IMG/VR virus record: IMGVR_UViG_3300011952_000009
DNA length: 10,180 nucleotides
From: a virus
Lineage: Duplodnaviria; Heunggongvirae; Uroviricota; Caudoviricetes
Strand: one strand, 5' to 3'
Shown here: one piece after another, positions 5,691 to 10,180 of the stretch
Layout: each line of letters starts with the position of its first letter
Position numbering within the stretch: position 1 is the first letter of the stretch
Made by a program: the position numbers and the translations under genes
Notes under the pieces: model-generated
Told to the model about the DNA's origin: nothing
Databases searched by the model: none
Seen by the model: the letters and a program-made list of their open reading frames with translations, nothing else

Positions 5691-7035
5691 ATCCAGAAGA
5701 ACTGGAAGCGATCGTTCTCGCTGGTCTGATTAACGGTGGTGCGACGCCTGACGCGTTTGATGTGATTGCCACTACTCCGGAGGAAGCCTTCAGCATCGTG
5801 TTTCACCGTCGCGCTTTCAGCGAAATCAAAAAGCAGGCACTGGCGAACGGCATGATCGACATGTTGTTTATCAGCGAAGCGCTGGGCGGTTCCAGCCTTG
5901 CGGATCTGTCTCAAATATCCCGGATCCCGGCAACGGTACCGAATCTGAAAGGCTATGCCGGGAAAATGGTGCGGGCATGGCGGAGCCGCAAAATGGCGGC
6001 ATTGTTGCAATCTGGCGCGGATGGTATCCGTAACGCTGTAAACCAGAGTCAGCGTGATGAGGTTATTGAATCTCATGTTGCTCAGGTGCTGGATATGAGC
6101 GCCGCTACCGGCACAGTCCAGCCGGTACACATCAAAGAGCTGTTACCGCTCTACATTGACACCGTTGATAAACGGATGTCTGGTGACGCGCAGGAAATGA
6201 TGCTGAAAACCGGAGTCGAGGATCTGGATGTCGCCCTGGGCGGTATCAACATGACCGACCTTGTTGTGGTTGCCGGTCGTCCAGGCATGGGGAAAACGGA
6301 ATTTACCCTGAAGATTATCGATGGCGTTACCGCAGATGGCGGCGGCGCACTGTTTTTCAGCATGGAAATGGGCGCTCAGCAGATTGTTGAACGTACCGTT
6401 GCCGGGGCTGGGAATATGTCCACGTCGCGTCTGCGTAATCCAAAAGAAATGGACGATGAGGATTTGACCAGATTAACCGCCGCGCTTGCAATCATGCAGG
6501 ATCGCGATATCTGGATTGTTGATGCCACTGATTTGACGATTGAGCAGATCCGCGCCATTGCAGAGACTCATAAACGCCGTTATCNNNNNNNNNNGCCGAG
6601 CGCCACGATCTCGCTGTCGGGCATATCTCCCGCAACATGAAGACTATGGCCATGCGTCTGCATACCCCTGTTTTTGCTCTTAGCCAGCTTTCCCGCCAGG
6701 TGGATTCTCGACCTGCTGGCCAGCGTCGCCCGGTGATGTCGGACCTGCGCGATTCCGGCAGTGTTGAGCAGGACGCTGACAGCATTTTGTTTTTGTACCG
6801 CGCTGAAGTTTACACACCTGATTCACCTGCAAAGGGTATCGCCGAGGTGATTATCGGTAAAAACCGTTCTGGCGGGGCAGGTGAAATTATTTATCAGGAA
6901 TTCCGGAATGGGCATTTCCTGCCAATTGATCAACACGTAGCACGCGAAAAATTACGCATCCAGAAGGAGGCAGAGCAACCGAGAAAACGTGAAAAACGGT
7001 ATTCAAACAAAAACTTTAATACGGACCCATTTTAA
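5687..7035 (+). CDS. Replicative DNA helicase, DnaB family (phage P22 gp12-like), interrupted by N-gap 6585-6594
   Basis: Walker A GRPGMGKT; after the gap, ALSQLSRQ, SDLRDSGSVEQDADSILFLYR and IGKNRSG motifs. Track ORFs 5687..6640 and 6637..7035 are two parts of one gene; the frame difference across the gap implies the gap length is unknown. Confidence 0.9.
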
Positions 7036-7073
7036 CCACGCATGACCAGCGTGAAATAACCGAGGAAAGACCA

Positions 7074-7484
7074 ATGACCACCATTTCAGGCAAATTAGAG
7101 TACCCGTCGGACAAAGGACACATAGACGACGGTAAAAACTATCTCGACGTCATTTTGTGGAATATGAACGCCGGGCCACGTGCGCGCACTCGTGCGGTTT
7201 TTGTACCAAGACCCAAAGCAGGCAATTTTTCAACACCAGCTCAGCCTGCCCGTCAGGCATCCGTAGCCGCAGCGCCAGCAGTGAAATGTAAGGGTAAAAC
7301 GCACATCGGGATCGCGATTCGCAGAAATGGTGAGCGGCAAGTGAAACTCCACGAAACAGCGACAACCTGGTGTGCTTCACCGCATGAAACTTACGACAAG
7401 ATAACCGGGCAGCGCATTGGTGCGCCTGGTCGCTGTCGCCTGCTGTTGAGCTCCATCACTCCGATAGAAAAGAAAGGGGCGTGA
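7074..7484 (+). CDS. Hypothetical 136-aa basic protein
   Basis: ATG 7074 preceded by ACCGAGGAAAGACC; track ORF; function not recognised. Confidence 0.65.
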   Translation: MTTISGKLEYPSDKGHIDDGKNYLDVILWNMNAGPRARTRAVFVPRPKAGNFSTPAQPARQASVAAAPAVKCKGKTHIGIAIRRNGERQVKLHETATTWCASPHETYDKITGQRIGAPGRCRLLLSSITPIEKKGA

Positions 7485-7485
7485 T

Positions 7486-7722
7486 ATGACCGGGCAATCA
7501 GATTACCTGCCGCCCGGCTTACCACACAACCGCGCCAAATGGCCCCAGGAATACCAGCTTAAAGAGCACTACGACATGCGAGCGGCGGCGCTGATCCGCC
7601 AACTCTTTGAGAAACGTATTCCGAGGGGAAGCGTGATTGAGCAAATCGGAATGACGCCGGATACATACCGGGAATTTTTCAGAGAGCGTCTGAACTACTG
7701 GAGAGGGGTGATGGAACAATGA
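7486..7722 (+). CDS. Hypothetical 78-aa protein
   Basis: ATG 1 nt after the upstream stop; track ORF. Confidence 0.6.
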   Translation: MTGQSDYLPPGLPHNRAKWPQEYQLKEHYDMRAAALIRQLFEKRIPRGSVIEQIGMTPDTYREFFRERLNYWRGVMEQ

Positions 7723-8030
7723 AATACAAACGGTGGGTGCGTGCGGAAGTCGTAATCATCAAACAATGTGCAGGCAGCATGACAGTTGAACGTATAGGGC
7801 AGCTTATTGGCAGAACCGGTGCAGCGGTACGCACAAAAGCGCGCGAGCTGAAAATCTGTATGTATCTGCGGGGTAATTATCATCAGTCAGCGAAATACTG
7901 CCAGGAGGATATCGAGCTGGCAAGGGAATTACATCAGTCGGGTATTAATCGCCAGGATATCGCGGAAAAACTCGAAATGCCGATCGGAGCGGTGAATCAG
8001 TTTGTTTATTTTGAGCGGAGGATTTCATGA
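7719..8030 (+). CDS. Tandem-HTH DNA-binding protein (two GcrA-N-terminal-like / sigma region-4-like repeats)
   Basis: ATGA overlap with the upstream gene. Two repeats, WVRAEVVIIKQCAGSMTVERIGQLIGRTGAAVRTKAREL and DIELARELHQSGINRQDIAEKLEMPIGAVNQFVYF. Family assignment from memory. Confidence 0.6.
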   Translation: MKYKRWVRAEVVIIKQCAGSMTVERIGQLIGRTGAAVRTKARELKICMYLRGNYHQSAKYCQEDIELARELHQSGINRQDIAEKLEMPIGAVNQFVYFERRIS

Positions 8031-8248
8031 AAGAACTTTTTCTGGCATTTGTGCCCCGGTTTATTAATGACCAGATCGCACTGACTGATAATGGTGAACA
8101 ATATGAAATTGCCTGCAGCATGGTGGATGTGAATCCTGGCGAACGGTATGACGCGATGTGNNNNNNNNNNTTTACCTGGCTGGGTTGGGCTATTCCGTGT
8201 GGAGAACCAACCAATATTCGCCCATTTGAGAGCAGGGAGGCTGTATGA
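8027..8248 (+). CDS. Hypothetical small protein (contains N-gap 8161-8170)
   Basis: ATGA overlap with the upstream gene; same frame open on both sides of the gap. Confidence 0.5.
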   Translation: MKELFLAFVPRFINDQIALTDNGEQYEIACSMVDVNPGERYDAMXXXXFTWLGWAIPCGEPTNIRPFESREAV

Positions 8249-8361
8249 GTGAATTGAAAATACGTCGCAAGGCAATAGCACGCGTTAAAAATCCATTACC
8301 AGTGCCCGCCGAATGCCATTTTTGTGGTGGGAATGTACGGATTGGTACGTATGTATGGTGA
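8245..8361 (+). CDS. Hypothetical 38-aa peptide (MSELKIRRKAIARVKNPLPVPAECHFCGGNVRIGTYVW)
   Basis: GGGAGG 5 nt before ATG 8245; ATGA overlap with the upstream gene; below the ORF-track size cutoff. Confidence 0.4.
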   Translation: MSELKIRRKAIARVKNPLPVPAECHFCGGNVRIGTYVW

Positions 8362-8435
8362 TTGCGGAGTGACGTAAAACGAATCTTTGTGGGTGTAATA
8401 TCGTCAATATCATTGGTTTCCCGGAGGGAAAGGAC

Positions 8436-8657
8436 ATGTTTGGCGATAAACTGGAGTTACCACGGAACGGGCGGATAGTGCTCTATATTTCAGATTACAA
8501 AGTAACCAGGGCTGAGGTGTTGGAACCGGAAAAACATCTGGTCACGTTACCGGACATTATTGAGTTGTATAAGCGGGTCGGATATGTGGACTTGCATCGC
8601 GATGATGTTCCCGTTGAGTGTATGGAATGTGAACACCGGAGGTTTGAAGTTGATTGA
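8436..8657 (+). CDS. Hypothetical 73-aa protein
   Basis: GGAGGGAAAGGAC before ATG 8436; track ORF. Confidence 0.6.
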   Translation: MFGDKLELPRNGRIVLYISDYKVTRAEVLEPEKHLVTLPDIIELYKRVGYVDLHRDDVPVECMECEHRRFEVD

Positions 8658-8658
8658 A

Positions 8659-8687
8659 TTGACTTAGAAAAAGCCCGGGGCTATAGT
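8659..8687 (+). promoter_or_regulatory. Strong sigma70 promoter: -35 TTGACT (8659-8664), 17-bp spacer, -10 TATAGT (8682-8687)
   Basis: Read directly; both hexamers 5/6 to consensus with optimal spacing; predicted start site about 8694-8696. Confidence 0.55.
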
Positions 8688-8747
8688 TTCCGCGCAGCCG
8701 CAAAATCGGTTGCCGGGATTGGCGTCCCGGATATCTAAGTGACGCAT

Positions 8748-8768
8748 AGCCGCGTTAGCGGTTTTTTT
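8748..8768 (+). terminator. Rho-independent terminator: stem CCGC/GCGG (extendable to 6 bp), loop GTTA, then T7
   Basis: Stem 8750-8753 / 8758-8761, T-run 8762-8768; about 60-75 nt downstream of the predicted start site. A second hairpin CCGGGA-TTGGCG-TCCCGG lies at 8713-8730. Confidence 0.55.
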
Positions 8769-8929
8769 ATGTGTTAGGCACGGCCACATTCGCATTATGG
8801 TGGGCTGTGTGGGGGCTTCTGCGGAAGCGCCGGGTTCACTTAGCCGGTTACGCCAACCCTGCACAGTTCACCACCAGATGATTGGCGTCGCTGGTGGTGA
8901 TGAAAAAAACACTAAGTGAGGCCACTGCG

Positions 8930-9718
8930 ATGACAATCCAAATATCTGCGGAATCCCTTTCTCCGCTACATCATAACCAACTTCCCGTCATCACTACTGA
9001 ATTGCTTGCCAGTTTGTATGGCACGGAAGTAAATGGTATCCAGCAAAACTTCAAGCGCAACATCGCCAGATTTGTCGTAGGAAAGCATTTTTTTAAGCTG
9101 GAAGGTAATGAATTACGCGACTTCAAAAACAGACTGACAGATAGTCAGTCAGTTGCTAAACATACCCGATCCCTCATTCTCTGGACAGAACGCGGCGCAG
9201 CTCGCCATGCCAAAATGCTGGAAACAGAACAGGCCTGGGAAGTTTTCGAAAAGCTGGAAGATTGTTATTTTAGCCAGCGTCCAGAGAGGCGGAGTACAAC
9301 TACCGATGACCGTACTCCCTTACGTGATGCCGTTAATATGCTGGTCGGTAAGAAAGGCATGATGTATCCCGATGCCTACACCATGATTCATCAACGCTTC
9401 GCCGTCTCTCACATAGAACAACTGTCACAGACGCAAATGTTAGAGGCGATTGAATACATCCACTGCCTGCTACTCGATGAAAATCAGCCAACCATTCCAG
9501 ATTTTTCTTTTATCACCACTATCAAAAATGGAAAAGTGACCAGGATGCGCCATGTTGCCAAAGGCGAACATCTGATGACGTTTGACGCTTTCAAAGAGAT
9601 CGCTGAGCGGGCAGGGTATCTGGTGATCCACAGCGACAACCTGCGAAGTATGACACTGGATAAATTGATGGTAATGGGGAAAAAGTCTGCTGTATCTGTT
9701 GCTGATTCAGCATTTTGA
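8930..9718 (+). CDS. ORF6N-domain protein (phage antirepressor-like) with an unrecognised C-terminal domain
   Basis: N-terminal LASLYGTEVNGIQQNFKRNIARFVVGKHFFKLEGNELRDF...LILWTERGAARHAKMLETEQAWEVFEKLEDCYF fits the ORF6N pattern as recalled. GAGG 8 nt before ATG 8930; track start 8882 is a TTG and ATG 8900 is an alternative. Confidence 0.75.
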   Translation: MTIQISAESLSPLHHNQLPVITTELLASLYGTEVNGIQQNFKRNIARFVVGKHFFKLEGNELRDFKNRLTDSQSVAKHTRSLILWTERGAARHAKMLETEQAWEVFEKLEDCYFSQRPERRSTTTDDRTPLRDAVNMLVGKKGMMYPDAYTMIHQRFAVSHIEQLSQTQMLEAIEYIHCLLLDENQPTIPDFSFITTIKNGKVTRMRHVAKGEHLMTFDAFKEIAERAGYLVIHSDNLRSMTLDKLMVMGKKSAVSVADSAF

Positions 9719-9847
9719 CAGGTTGAATGTTTGCCGCGGTTATACTCTATTTGCGCTTAAAAAGGTATTTAGTCACAACCAGCACGAGGCCGAATACTCT
9801 GTCAAAGTACCGCCCATGTAAAACTGTAACGTATGTACTTGATGACT

Positions 9848-9881
9848 AAGCTGGCACTAGGTTAACACCAGGCGCCAGCTT
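9848..9881. other. 8-bp inverted repeat AAGCTGGC / GCCAGCTT with 18-nt spacer between convergent genes
   Basis: Read directly; no U-tract on either side, so a terminator role is uncertain. Confidence 0.3.
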
Positions 9882-9895
9882 GAAGGAAACTTCAG

Positions 9896-10180
9896 TTATT
9901 GGTTTCTGAGGAAAGCGATTCTTGAAAGGGTCATTTGCGTCTGGCAGTCGACCATTTTCTTGACTTCAGCATCTGTTCCCTGCATTGAAACTTTACCGCA
10001 CATAGCATCCTTAGTTTTGATCCACTGACGCTGAGAAGGCAGCAACTCTTTTTTCTTCGCCGGCGTTAACCTGCCCCAGACTGTATTCAAATCAGAGTCA
10101 GCATTCGCAAATGCCATTCGGGACTGATCAAGGCTTTCAGCTTTTTGCGGCTGAAGTTGTGCCTGCCTCTCTATTTGCTT
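9896..10180 (-). CDS. DUF1311 / LprI-like protein (lysozyme-inhibitor-like fold family), 5'-partial: frame stays open to the window end
   Basis: C-terminal pattern Q-x-x-W-x-x-x-K-D-x-x-C ... D-C-x-x-x-x-T-x-x-R as in DUF1311 from memory. Track start 10117 is an internal Met; no stop upstream to position 10180. Confidence 0.55.
   Translation of the reverse strand, partial: KQIERQAQLQPQKAESLDQSRMAFANADSDLNTVWGRLTPAKKKELLPSQRQWIKTKDAMCGKVSMQGTDAEVKKMVDCQTQMTLSRIAFLRNQ

Noticed and set aside
4180-6785. Minus-strand track ORFs 4180..4383, 4410..4601, 4767..4997, 4772..5020, 5305..5550, 5321..5533, 5551..5796, 5639..6130, 6151..6363, 6376..6558, 6492..6785
   Set aside because: Antisense to the well-supported YdaT-like, initiator and DnaB-helicase genes; Arg/Ser/Cys-rich translations typical of GC-rich antisense frames.
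7150-8281. Minus-strand track ORFs 7150..7380, 7519..7719, 7695..7883, 7945..8214, 8006..8281
   Set aside because: Antisense to the chain of translationally coupled plus-strand small genes; no RBS.
8664-8864. Track ORF 8664..8864(-), 66 aa
   Set aside because: Overlaps the plus-strand promoter, hairpins and terminator; composition is not protein-like; more likely untranslated regulatory DNA.
8770-8930. LexA (SOS) box upstream of the antirepressor-like gene
   Set aside because: CTGT-N8-ACAG searched by eye in 8660-8930 and near 9820-9845; only partial matches (for example CTGTAACGTATGTACT), none convincing.
9153-9362. Track ORF 9153..9362(+)
   Set aside because: Internal alternative frame of the ORF6N-domain gene.
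1-10180. CRISPR array, integrase, transposase/IS element, reverse transcriptase (retron), Q antiterminator, type III toxin-antitoxin tandem repeats
   Set aside because: No tandem repeat-spacer structure, no recognisable catalytic motifs for integrase, transposase or RT (no YxDD), no Q-like protein and no long tandem RNA repeats were seen. The repeats present are short GACC-core motifs and iterons.

Overview
This window reads as the early immunity and replication region of a lambdoid (P22/CP-933P-like) enterobacterial prophage. No search could be run, so every family call is from memory of motifs and is unverified. Layout: (1) a leftward early operon on the minus strand, with a pL-like promoter near 3006-3034, then about 0.85 kb of ORF-poor, hairpin-rich DNA carrying a tRNA-like T-arm and periodic GACC-containing repeats, then a 106-aa gene, then a large ORF of at least 600 codons that runs off the window start and is absent from the supplied ORF track; its last ~140 residues resemble ERF-type single-strand annealing proteins. 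(2) An immunity core: a DicA-like HTH repressor with no peptidase domain (minus), flanked by two 19-bp palindromic operators, a divergent Cro/YdaS-like gene and a YdaT/CII-like gene. (3) A replication module: an O-like initiator with four internal iterons plus an A-rich tract, and a DnaB-family helicase. (4) Six small, mostly translationally coupled genes including a tandem-HTH protein. (5) A near-consensus sigma70 promoter followed about 60 nt later by an intrinsic terminator, then an ORF6N-domain antirepressor-like gene and a convergent DUF1311-like gene. Five 10-N gaps all fall inside or at the edge of genes. No CRISPR array, integrase, transposase, canonical tRNA or rRNA was found. The best candidates for something undescribed are the ORF-free structured stretch in the left operon, the recurrent gene-start cassette, the ERF fusion ORF and the promoter-terminator unit; none is established.
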